A stretch of 64,000 nt of DNA from Haliea sp. (lineage in GTDB: Bacteria; Pseudomonadota; Gammaproteobacteria; Pseudomonadales; Halieaceae): the NCBI GenBank assembly GCA_030730585.1, contig JANQUV010000066.1:1268-65267 (forward strand), in the 5' to 3' direction. The notes under the pieces were generated by a model. It searched no databases. It was given only the letters and a program-made list of their open reading frames with translations, and had not been told where the DNA came from. A program made the position numbers and the translations under genes. Each line of letters starts with the position of its first letter. Position 1 is the stretch's first letter. Shown piece by piece: positions 37,741 to 46,080 of this stretch.

Positions 37741-39408
37741 ATGAGGACATCCCGCAAACTCGTCCAGCTTGAACGCCAAATGGCGAGCTGTTCAACCTAT
37801 GAAGATTGGTGTGAAGCAGCGCTCGAGCATGATGCGTTGTCCGGCAAGCGTCGGTGGCGTGAGGTCGACCAGACCACGCAGTACGACTACAGTCAGATTC
37901 GCCTGCGCTTGGACCGTTTGCGCAGTTTGCGCGTTCGTCATGACTACCAGGGTTTGCTATTTACACTGAACGAAGGCATCCACGGCAATATGGGCGGGAT
38001 GGGCCGCAGTTCGTTGTATCAGAGCTCCAAGTTCGGTACCAAGCATCTCATTGAGCAGTATATTGATGAAGTGGCTGACTCCCTGCGCTATTTGGCTGAG
38101 CTCGAAAGTGACGATGTCACGCTGCAGCAAAAACTGGATTTTTTCTATCGGGCGAATATCTGTTTTGGGCGTTCTGCGTTGATGCTGAGCGGTGGCGGCG
38201 TGCTCGGTTTTTACCACCTCGGCGTAGTAAAAACATTGCTTGAGCAGGGTTTGCTGCCGAGAGTGATTTCCGGGTCCAGTGCCGGAGCTCTGGTTGCCGG
38301 TGTAGTGGGCTCTCATACGGATGAGGAGCTAAAGCACTTCTTTGATCCGGGTAATGTGCACTTTGAGGCAGAACGTGAGGCCAGTGTTTTTTCGCGAATG
38401 TTCTTTGGGCGCAACCCGCAAATCGATGTGCGCGACCTTGAAAATATCGTTGCTCGCCTGGTTCCAGAGATAACCTTTCAGGAAGCTTACGAAAAAACCG
38501 GGCGCCAAATCAGCATTACGGTAGCGCCGGCAGAGGCCCATCAACGGTCTCGCTTGCTGAACGCAGTGACCTCGCCCAACGTCTATGTCCGCTCGGCCGT
38601 GATGGCCTCCTGTGCTGTGCCAGGTGTTTTCCCGCCGGTCATGCTAATGGCGAAGAATGTGCATGGTGAGGCGCAGCCCTACCTGCCTACGCGCAAGTGG
38701 GTTGATGGCTCGATTGCCGACGATCTGCCGGCCAAACGCCTGTCGCGTTTGTACAGCACTAATCATTATATCGTCAGCATGGTAAACCCGATCGCTACGC
38801 CGTTTTTACGCGGCAGCCGCAAGAGCAACGGTTTGAGCGCGGCGCTGGGTAGCCTCGGCGTGGGTATTGGCCGCGAGGTTCTCAACTTTTATCGCGGTGT
38901 GGTGCAGAAAAACGGGGATAACTGGCCGCGCTTTAATTTGCTCATGAACGGTATCCACTCGTTGATAGACCAGGAATACAGTGGCGATATCAATATTGTA
39001 CCGAGCTTCCGCTGGTATAACCCCGCGAAAATTCTCTCGCACCTCTCCGAGAAGGAGCTTATCTCCTTGATGGAGGGTGGCGCACATTCTGCCTTTCCTA
39101 ACATTGAAGCGATTCGAATCTGCTCGAAAATCAGTCGGACGATGGAGGAGATTCTGAATCGCTTCGAGTACGGCGACCTGCGGCCGGACAGTGCTCAAGT
39201 GCGTCGCCCGCGCGCATCGCGCCGGCGACCGCCACCCACGCGAGCAGATCGTGAAGCACAGCGGGAACAATTAGCATCGCTGGAGGTGGCAGTGAAGCCG
39301 CGTAGCAAGGCTAAAGTTCGGGTTAAGTCCCGACGTAAAAGTGCTGCTTCAACGTCGGCGGCTGATAAAAAAGATTCTCCTAGCGACCCGGGGCGAGCGG
39401 CCGCATGA
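37741..39408 (+). CDS. Patatin-like phospholipase/lipase with an N-terminal DUF3336-like region and a basic C-terminal tail
   Basis: Oxyanion GGGVLGFYHLG, nucleophile GSSAG, catalytic Asp context VDGSIADDLP. The C-terminal ~70 aa are Arg/Lys/Ala-rich. Confidence 0.85.
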   Translation: MRTSRKLVQLERQMASCSTYEDWCEAALEHDALSGKRRWREVDQTTQYDYSQIRLRLDRLRSLRVRHDYQGLLFTLNEGIHGNMGGMGRSSLYQSSKFGTKHLIEQYIDEVADSLRYLAELESDDVTLQQKLDFFYRANICFGRSALMLSGGGVLGFYHLGVVKTLLEQGLLPRVISGSSAGALVAGVVGSHTDEELKHFFDPGNVHFEAEREASVFSRMFFGRNPQIDVRDLENIVARLVPEITFQEAYEKTGRQISITVAPAEAHQRSRLLNAVTSPNVYVRSAVMASCAVPGVFPPVMLMAKNVHGEAQPYLPTRKWVDGSIADDLPAKRLSRLYSTNHYIVSMVNPIATPFLRGSRKSNGLSAALGSLGVGIGREVLNFYRGVVQKNGDNWPRFNLLMNGIHSLIDQEYSGDINIVPSFRWYNPAKILSHLSEKELISLMEGGAHSAFPNIEAIRICSKISRTMEEILNRFEYGDLRPDSAQVRRPRASRRRPPPTRADREAQREQLASLEVAVKPRSKAKVRVKSRRKSAASTSAADKKDSPSDPGRAAA

Positions 39409-39436
39409 AGCCCTTTACACAGGTTAGAGGCTTGCG

Positions 39437-39682
39437 ATGAAAGTGCAGGAGTTTTCCAAAGAACAGAAAGATCGCATGGCGAGCAAGGTCAAACAGTACT
39501 TTAGCGAGGAGCTGCAGCAGGACATTGGCAGTTTTGAGGCCGAGTTCCTGATCGACTTTCTTGCCGATGAGATTGGGCCCTATTTCTATAATCGCGGCCT
39601 CGCGGATGCAATGAGCCTGTTTACCGAAAAAATGGGCGAGCTGGATTACCAGGTGCAAGAGTTGGAGCAGGAGGCGAGCTGA
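39437..39682 (+). CDS. DUF2164 domain protein
   Basis: 81 aa. F..EL..DIG.FEAEFLIDFL..EIGPYFYN pattern as in DUF2164. Confidence 0.6.
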   Translation: MKVQEFSKEQKDRMASKVKQYFSEELQQDIGSFEAEFLIDFLADEIGPYFYNRGLADAMSLFTEKMGELDYQVQELEQEAS

Positions 39683-39711
39683 CGCGTCAGCACTAATGGT
39701 CCGGTCGAATA

Positions 39712-40344
39712 TTACTCAAGCGCTCTTGGCGGCTGGTCGGGTTTGGCGTAGGCCATGCGGCGTAGCCTGCGGGTCTCGTAGTAGCTGTCCAACCCGCTTA
39801 GAGCGACCGTGCCCGCAGCGCTGAGGTTCAGGGCGCCATCATCGCCCAGACAATCGCTGGGCACGTCGACCAGAACCACCTCCCCGATCAGCAAGTGCGT
39901 GTCGTTGATGCGCAGATGCTGATGTTCCCGCAGCTCAAGCCCCAAACGCACGGAGGCTTCCAGCACGAAAGGTGCAGCGAACTCTTCGACCCAATGCTCT
40001 TGTAAACCGGTGGCGGTAAATTCCGACTGTTCTTTGGGATAGCGCGCCGCTGTTTGATGCGCGGCCTCGATAAACGTGTGGTGCACGTGATTGATGCTGT
40101 AGCACCGCGTATTCAGTATATTGTCCAGCGTGTGGCGCTCTACCGGATTGGGCCTGATGATCAGCGCCAGCAGCGGTGGATTTGACCCCAGGTGCACAAC
40201 AGAGCTGATGATAGCCAAATTAGTGTTGCCATCGTGATCTGCGGTACCCACCAAGTTGGCGGGCTTGAAACCGCTCACTGAGTTGATCAACGCAGCGCGA
40301 TAGCGTGACTCCATGGCGGCGATGTCTTTCTCGGTGAAATGCAT
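39712..40344 (-). CDS. Flavin reductase-like FMN-binding protein
   Basis: The N-terminal pattern ...ALINSVSGFKPANLVGT....GNTNLAIISSVVHLGSNPPLLALIIRP is typical of the flavin reductase-like domain. Confidence 0.7.
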   Translation of the reverse strand: MHFTEKDIAAMESRYRAALINSVSGFKPANLVGTADHDGNTNLAIISSVVHLGSNPPLLALIIRPNPVERHTLDNILNTRCYSINHVHHTFIEAAHQTAARYPKEQSEFTATGLQEHWVEEFAAPFVLEASVRLGLELREHQHLRINDTHLLIGEVVLVDVPSDCLGDDGALNLSAAGTVALSGLDSYYETRRLRRMAYAKPDQPPRALE

Positions 40345-40353
40345 AGGTGTCTC

Positions 40354-40692
40354 CTAAGAGCCGTACAGGCGCCGAAAACGACGCTGCGCCCAAAAGCGGT
40401 AAGCAGCCTCTGCGACTGGGCGAATCACTGGCCATTGTAGCCAGCGCCATAGCGGCCCGAAGCGCGTGTGCTGCCATGCCATGACGTTGGCATCAATGCC
40501 AGTCAGTAGCTGGCCGTCGGCGGTTTTCAGGTGCAGTGTTCGAAGCAGCGTGTCTCTGTCGGGTAGCTCGGTCTCCGACGTCAGGCCATGAATATCCTGC
40601 AGCTGCAGTTCACCATCGCAGAGCTGGCCAAGTTTGGCCATCTCGCGTGTGCAAAGTGGGCATTGGCCGTCGTAGTACAATATGTCAGGCAT
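40354..40692 (-). CDS. DCC-family thiol-disulfide oxidoreductase (DUF393)
   Basis: The N-terminal ILYYDGQCPLCTREM motif is diagnostic of DCC1-like proteins. Confidence 0.8.
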   Translation of the reverse strand: MPDILYYDGQCPLCTREMAKLGQLCDGELQLQDIHGLTSETELPDRDTLLRTLHLKTADGQLLTGIDANVMAWQHTRFGPLWRWLQWPVIRPVAEAAYRFWAQRRFRRLYGS

Positions 40693-40812
40693 GTGAGTGG
40701 GTCATCGCTGGTTAAAGACTATGCTCGACATACGCAGTGCGGATACCTGTGGATGTATATTGCTGCGACTCGGTAGACGAATCGCAGCAAGGCCCTGCGG
40801 TGGGCGCTGCTG

Positions 40813-41832
40813 TTAGCGAATCAGGTCAACGGCTAGCTGGGACAGGGGCTCGACCAGATTGCCCCTGGCATCTGCCTCGGCGCTGGAGGCAGTGCCGACC
40901 TGCACGCGCTTCTTGATGCCCTGCACAATAGCCGCCAGCCGAAACAGGGAAAAAATGAGGTAGAAGTTCCAGTTCTCGATGCCAGAACGCCCGGTCCGTT
41001 CACAGTAGCGCGCAATATAATCTTCGTCGCTGGGTATGCCCAGTGAAGCCCGGTCCACGCCTGCGAGTCCCTTCATACTGCTGTCACGTGGCAGCATCCA
41101 TGCCATACACTGATTTGCCAGGTCGGCGAGAGGGTGCCCCAGCGTCGACAATTCCCAGTCGAGCAGGGCAATCACGCGGGGTTCGGTGGCATGGAACATC
41201 ATGTTGTCCAGCCGGTAGTCGCCATGTACCAGGCTAACGGTGCCGTCATCCTCAGGCATGTTGGCAGGCAGCCAAGCCAGCAGTGTTTCCATGTTGGCAA
41301 CCGTGCCGGTTTCTGAGGCTCGGTACTGCCGGGTCCAGCGCGCCAGTTGCCGTTCGAAGTAGTTACCGGGTTTGCCGAAATTGGTAAGGCCGACGGATTC
41401 CACGTTGACGTTGTGCAGCGCGGCCATGGCTTGATTCATGGAGTCATAAATAGCACTGCGCTCGGCGTTATCTTTTGCATCTGGCAGCACAGGGTCCCAG
41501 AGAATACGCCCGTCCATGTACTCCATGATGTAGAACATCGAGCCGATGACAGATTCGTCCTCACACAGCACATAGGTTTTTGGCACCGGTACGTCGGTGT
41601 TCTGCAGTGCGCTGATCACGCGAAATTCGCGGTCCACCGCGTGTGCGGAAGGTAACAACTCACCCGGTGGCTTGCGCCGCAGCACGTAATGCCGGCCTCC
41701 TGCTGTCAATTTGAAGGTGGGGTTTGACTGGCCTCCTGGGAATTTCTCCGCGATAAGGCCGCTGTCTATGCCGGGCAAATGATCGGCCAGATAGGCAGAA
41801 AGCCGTTGAATATCCAGTTGCTGCGCGCTCAT
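40813..41832 (-). CDS. Phosphotransferase (APH/ChoK-like kinase fold; the type usually associated with acyl-CoA dehydrogenases)
   Basis: GGQSNPTF...YVLRRKPPG, catalytic LVHGDYRLDNMMF, WELSTLGHPLADL. Confidence 0.8.
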   Translation of the reverse strand: MSAQQLDIQRLSAYLADHLPGIDSGLIAEKFPGGQSNPTFKLTAGGRHYVLRRKPPGELLPSAHAVDREFRVISALQNTDVPVPKTYVLCEDESVIGSMFYIMEYMDGRILWDPVLPDAKDNAERSAIYDSMNQAMAALHNVNVESVGLTNFGKPGNYFERQLARWTRQYRASETGTVANMETLLAWLPANMPEDDGTVSLVHGDYRLDNMMFHATEPRVIALLDWELSTLGHPLADLANQCMAWMLPRDSSMKGLAGVDRASLGIPSDEDYIARYCERTGRSGIENWNFYLIFSLFRLAAIVQGIKKRVQVGTASSAEADARGNLVEPLSQLAVDLIR

Positions 41833-41989
41833 GATTATTCCTGTAGTGGGCTATTAGCTAACCAGTTTGCCCCGCAACAGGCGTAGCCGCAATGATACTG
41901 GGCGACAAAAAACTTAACTCAAGCAGACACAGGGGCAGGTCGTTGAGCGACCCGCTCGCTCGGGGTACGCTGCCGCTTCCTCCCATATA

Positions 41990-43711
41990 TTGTTCAATAG
42001 AGGTTTTATTGTGTACGAGCATTTGCAGCAAGCCTGGCAACAGCTGATCGGCCCGGGCCAGCCTTTTGAAATAGAAACGGCGACAGTAGGCGGCGTGCCT
42101 TTGCGCAGTTTTCGTCATGCCCCGCCATCGCTGCGTGAAATTTGGCTGAGCACAGCAGGCTATGCCGACCGAGACTATTTGGTGTTTGAGGGTGAACGCT
42201 GCAGCTATGCTGAGGCGCATGTCTTCACCGCCAGCATTGCTCAGTGGTTGCACCGTGAAGGTGTGCGCCCTGGCGACCGCGTGGCCATCGCGATGCGTAA
42301 CTTCCCGGAATGGATGCTGGCCTACTGGGCGGTCACGTCGATGGGTGCCGTTGTGGTGGGCATGAACGCCTGGTGGGTGGCTCAGGAAATGGCCTTTGCA
42401 CTCGAAGATTCGGCGCCGCTGGTGCTCATCTGTGATCGCGAGCGACTGCAGCGCTTTACTGAGCTTCGTGAGCGCTTCCCTGCGGTGAAGGTCGTTGCCG
42501 TGCGCTTGCAAGACGATGCACCGGCATGGGCGACGGATTGGATCGAGGTGATTAATGCGCCGCCGGAGCTGCCCACTGTGAGCATCGCCCCGGAAGACGA
42601 TGCCTGCATTTTCTATACCTCAGGCACCACAGGGCGCCCTAAGGGGGCGCGGCTGACGCATCGCGGCTGCGTGGCCAATGTGATGAATGTGGCGTTCATC
42701 AACACGGTACAACCGGTTGCCGTCGCCTTGGCAAACGGTAAAACACCGCCTGCGCCGGGTTCTGCGCCGCCGCCCAATTCGTTGCTGGCCACGCCTCTGT
42801 TTCATGTTACGGCGAATAATTGTGTCGCCCATGGCACCACAATGGCCGGCGGCAAGCTGGTGCATATGTACAAGTGGGATGCGGGTGATGCTCTCAGGCT
42901 CATTGAAGAGGAGGGCGTGACGACTTTCAACGGTGTGCCGATGATGGCACGTGAAATTCTTATGCACCCCGATTTCGCCCACAGGGATACCTCTACGCTC
43001 ACTGTATTGGGCGGCGGAGGTGCTGCGTTGCAGCCGGACCTGGTAGAAAAAATCCAGACCCGCTCACGGGCGGCTCGGCCCAATACGGGTTACGGCATGA
43101 CCGAGACCTCGGGCATTATTGCTGCCGTATCCGCTGATTTTTTCGTCGACAAACCCGCGAGCGTAGGCCCCGCAGTGCCCACCTTGGAGGCTAAGTGCGT
43201 CGGGCCCTCGGGTGAAGATGTGGGGTTGAACGCGGTCGGTGAACTGTGGGTGCGCGGCGCCCCTGTTATCAAGGGTTACCTGAACCGCCCAGACGCGACA
43301 GCAGAGGCGATTACCGACGGCTGGCTGCATACCGGTGACATCGCTCGCATCGATGACGACGGGTTTATTTTTCTGGTAGACCGAGCCAAAGACATGGTGC
43401 TGCGGGGCGGCGAGAATGTGTACTGTGCTGAAGTTGAAAATGCGCTGTTTGCACACGAGGCCGTGGCGGAATGTGTGGTATTTGCGGTAGCCGATGACCG
43501 GCTGGGAGAAGAGGTAGGCGCGGCGGTGTACCTGAGCTCTGGGGCAGCCATTGATGCGATGCATCTGCGGGGGCACTGTGCGGGCCACCTGGCGCCTTTC
43601 AAAGTACCGCGCTATATCTGGTTTTTGCCGGAGCCGCTGCCGAGAAATGCCAGTGGCAAGTTTCTCAAGCGCGAACTCCGTGAAACGCTGCGTGTCGCTG
43701 ATGCCCAGTGA
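41990..43711 (+). CDS. AMP-dependent acyl-CoA synthetase/ligase (second copy)
   Basis: IFYTSGTTGRPKGA, TGDIARIDDDGFIFLVDRAKD, SGKFLKREL. Start uncertain: TTG 41990 or GTG 42011. Confidence 0.85.
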   Translation: MFNRGFIVYEHLQQAWQQLIGPGQPFEIETATVGGVPLRSFRHAPPSLREIWLSTAGYADRDYLVFEGERCSYAEAHVFTASIAQWLHREGVRPGDRVAIAMRNFPEWMLAYWAVTSMGAVVVGMNAWWVAQEMAFALEDSAPLVLICDRERLQRFTELRERFPAVKVVAVRLQDDAPAWATDWIEVINAPPELPTVSIAPEDDACIFYTSGTTGRPKGARLTHRGCVANVMNVAFINTVQPVAVALANGKTPPAPGSAPPPNSLLATPLFHVTANNCVAHGTTMAGGKLVHMYKWDAGDALRLIEEEGVTTFNGVPMMAREILMHPDFAHRDTSTLTVLGGGGAALQPDLVEKIQTRSRAARPNTGYGMTETSGIIAAVSADFFVDKPASVGPAVPTLEAKCVGPSGEDVGLNAVGELWVRGAPVIKGYLNRPDATAEAITDGWLHTGDIARIDDDGFIFLVDRAKDMVLRGGENVYCAEVENALFAHEAVAECVVFAVADDRLGEEVGAAVYLSSGAAIDAMHLRGHCAGHLAPFKVPRYIWFLPEPLPRNASGKFLKRELRETLRVADAQ

Positions 43712-44485
43712 TCAGCTCTCGACGAATGCCCGCTCGATGACATAATGAGCGGCCTTGCCATGGCGCGACTCGCGAAAGCCGCGCTCGTTGAGCAAGGTGC
43801 CCATGTCTTTTAGCATGCTCGGGCTGCCGCAGAGCATGAATCGGTCATGTTCCAGGTCGATATTGTCGAGGCCAACATCAGCCGGGAGCTTGCCACTGCC
43901 GATCAGGTCAGTCAGGCGCCCGGTGTTGCGGTAGGGTTCTCTCGTGACGGTAGGGTAGTACACCAGTTTTTCGCGAATGTCGTCACCCAGGTATTCATGT
44001 TCCGGGAGCTCGCGGGTAATGGTGTCTTGATAGGCCAATTCTCTGGCAGTCCTGCAGCCATGCGCCAGTATCACCCGGTCGAAGCGTTCGTAGATGGCGG
44101 GATCCTTGATGATGCTGAGGAACGGCGCGAGACCGGTGCCCGTGGCCAGCAGATATAAGTGACGCCCCGGTAGCAAGTTGTCCAGTACCAGAGTGCCTGT
44201 CGCTTTGCTGTTGACCAGCAGCTCGTCACCCACGCGAATATGCTGCAGCGCAGATGTAAGCGGGCCATCGGTTACCTTGATGCTGAAAAACTCCAGCTGG
44301 TCTTCGTAATTGGCACTGGCCATGCTGTAGGCACGCAGGAGCGGCCGCCCCTCCTTTTCCAGTCCAATCATGGTGAAGTGACCGTTTTCAAAGCGGAACG
44401 CGGGGTTGCGCGTGGTTTTGAAGCTGAATAGGTGGTCTGTCCAGTGGTGAACTTCAGTAACGCGTTCGCGCAGCAATGTAGCCAT
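43712..44485 (-). CDS. fpr: Ferredoxin--NADP(+) reductase
   Basis: RLFSF-type N-terminus (HWTDHLFSFKTTR), RAYSMAS FAD motif, LLATGTGLAPF NADP motif, MLCGSPSM, C-terminal ...YVIERAFVES as in proteobacterial Fpr. Confidence 0.92.
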   Translation of the reverse strand: MATLLRERVTEVHHWTDHLFSFKTTRNPAFRFENGHFTMIGLEKEGRPLLRAYSMASANYEDQLEFFSIKVTDGPLTSALQHIRVGDELLVNSKATGTLVLDNLLPGRHLYLLATGTGLAPFLSIIKDPAIYERFDRVILAHGCRTARELAYQDTITRELPEHEYLGDDIREKLVYYPTVTREPYRNTGRLTDLIGSGKLPADVGLDNIDLEHDRFMLCGSPSMLKDMGTLLNERGFRESRHGKAAHYVIERAFVES

Positions 44486-44599
44486 GGTCAGTTTCCTGCA
44501 GTGGAGTGGGCAATGACGTCACTTTAGGCGCTTTTTGTTTATTGGTAAAACAGGATTTATAGATATAATATATTGATAAAGTAAATATAAGGTGAAGGC

Positions 44600-45502
44600 A
44601 TGCGCTATACGCTGCGCCAACTCGAGGTCTTTCTAGCTACGGCGCATCACGAGAATATCAGCCGTGCTGCGTCCGACCTGGCGATGTCCCAATCGGCCGC
44701 GAGCGGATCTCTGCGCGAGTTAGAGCAGCAGTTCGATGTGCAGCTTTTTGATCGACTTGGTAAGCGGCTGCGCCTGAGTGAGCTGGGACGGCAGTTGCGC
44801 CCTGCGGCGGAGGAACTGTTGGCTCGAGCGCGCGCGTTGGAGCAAAGCCTGAGTGGCGATGAAGTCAGTGGACGCCTGCAGGTGGGTGCGACGCTTACCA
44901 TTGGTAATTATCTTGCTGTGCCTATGATCGCTGCCTTTCGCGCCAGGCATTCTGCGGCTGACGTTGCCCTGTCGGTGGCGAATACGGCCACCATTGCCGA
45001 CCGGGTTGCGCGCTATGAGCTGGATATTGGCCTGGTAGAAGGTGAATTAAGCCATCCTGACTTGAGCTGTGAACCTTGGCAGGCAGATGAATTGACGGTG
45101 TTTGCGGCACCGGGGCATCCGCTGGCTCGCAAGCGCCTGCTCAATGATGATGATTTATTAACGCTGGACTGGATCGTGCGTGAACCGGGATCAGGCACCC
45201 GGCAAACCTTTGATCGCGCCATGTATGGCATTTTATCTGCCCTGCACGTGGTATTGGAATTGCAGCACCCGGAAGCTATCAAGCGCGCGGTTGAGGCGGG
45301 GTTGGGCGTGGGTTGCCTTTCGCGAATCAGCTTGCAAGAGGCCTTCGTGCGCGGCTCGCTGGTCCCGCTGAACGTACCCGCCCGTGATTTCAAGCGCCAA
45401 CTGTACATTGTTCTGCATCGTCAAAAGTTTCACACTGCTGCACTGCGGGAGTGGCTGTTGGTGTGTCAGGAGCAGGCGCAGACGGGTAAAATGGTGCGCT
45501 AA
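44600..45502 (+). CDS. LysR-family transcriptional regulator, divergent from fpr (FinR-like arrangement)
   Basis: N-terminal HTH LRQLEVFLATAHHENISRAASDLAMSQSAASGSLRELE. Divergent orientation to fpr across a 114-bp AT-rich spacer. Confidence 0.85.
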   Translation: MRYTLRQLEVFLATAHHENISRAASDLAMSQSAASGSLRELEQQFDVQLFDRLGKRLRLSELGRQLRPAAEELLARARALEQSLSGDEVSGRLQVGATLTIGNYLAVPMIAAFRARHSAADVALSVANTATIADRVARYELDIGLVEGELSHPDLSCEPWQADELTVFAAPGHPLARKRLLNDDDLLTLDWIVREPGSGTRQTFDRAMYGILSALHVVLELQHPEAIKRAVEAGLGVGCLSRISLQEAFVRGSLVPLNVPARDFKRQLYIVLHRQKFHTAALREWLLVCQEQAQTGKMVR

Positions 45503-45521
45503 CCACGGATATGTTGTGCGG

Positions 45522-46070
45522 ATGCCGAAAGCAATGAACAGTGAGCAGGCGGTAGTGATCACGCCTATTGATGAGTTGCAACGCGCACAGGTGGTGCGTG
45601 CGACTCAGCGCTGGGTGGAGCGAGCAGCGGACTTGCTGGCACACCCAATGGCGGTGCCGCCTGTGCTGTTTGACCTTAGCGGTAGCACGGCGGGCATGTT
45701 CAGGGCGCAAGGAGCAGCTTGTTGTATCCGCTATAACCCATGGATATTCGCCCGGCATTTCGATGAGAACCTGCAGCACACGGTACCGCATGAGGTGGCA
45801 CATTATGCGGTGCACCAGCGTTATCTCAATCGCCGCTTAAAGCCCCATGGGCCGCAGTGGCGCAGGATCATGCAGCTGTTTGGCCTGCCACCGCAGGTCA
45901 CCTTCGACTTCGCGCTGGACGGTGTTCCCATACGTCGTCAACGGTTGCATTCCTACCGCTGTGGCTGTCGTGAGCATGCGGTGACCACGGTGCGCCATAA
46001 TCGTATGCGCGAAGGGCGCGCCCGCTACCTGTGCCGCTATTGCAACACCGCGCTGCTGCCTGCCGGATAG
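45522..46070 (+). CDS. sprT: SprT-family zinc metalloprotease-like protein
   Basis: HEVAHY zinc motif and a C-terminal Cys-rich ribbon (YRCGC...YLCRYC). The N-terminal part of the listed 228-aa ORF overlaps the LysR gene and is rejected. Confidence 0.8.
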   Translation: MPKAMNSEQAVVITPIDELQRAQVVRATQRWVERAADLLAHPMAVPPVLFDLSGSTAGMFRAQGAACCIRYNPWIFARHFDENLQHTVPHEVAHYAVHQRYLNRRLKPHGPQWRRIMQLFGLPPQVTFDFALDGVPIRRQRLHSYRCGCREHAVTTVRHNRMREGRARYLCRYCNTALLPAG

Positions 46071-46080
46071 CCGGTCTTGC

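Noticed and set aside
40760-40790. Perfect 9-bp stem (TTGCTGCGA...TCGCAGCAA) with a 13-nt loop, downstream of the kinase gene.
   Set aside because: It has no U-tract on either strand and a large loop. It may be a Rho-dependent or structural element, but I cannot call it a terminator.
41858-42511. 217-aa minus-strand ORF spanning the kinase/synthetase divergent spacer.
   Set aside because: Most of it is antisense to the acyl-CoA synthetase N-terminus. The composition is His/Arg-rich and there is no start context.
45384-45521. N-terminal 46 residues of the listed 228-aa SprT ORF.
   Set aside because: This part overlaps the 3' end of the LysR gene in another frame. The internal ATG at 45522 gives a normal-length SprT.
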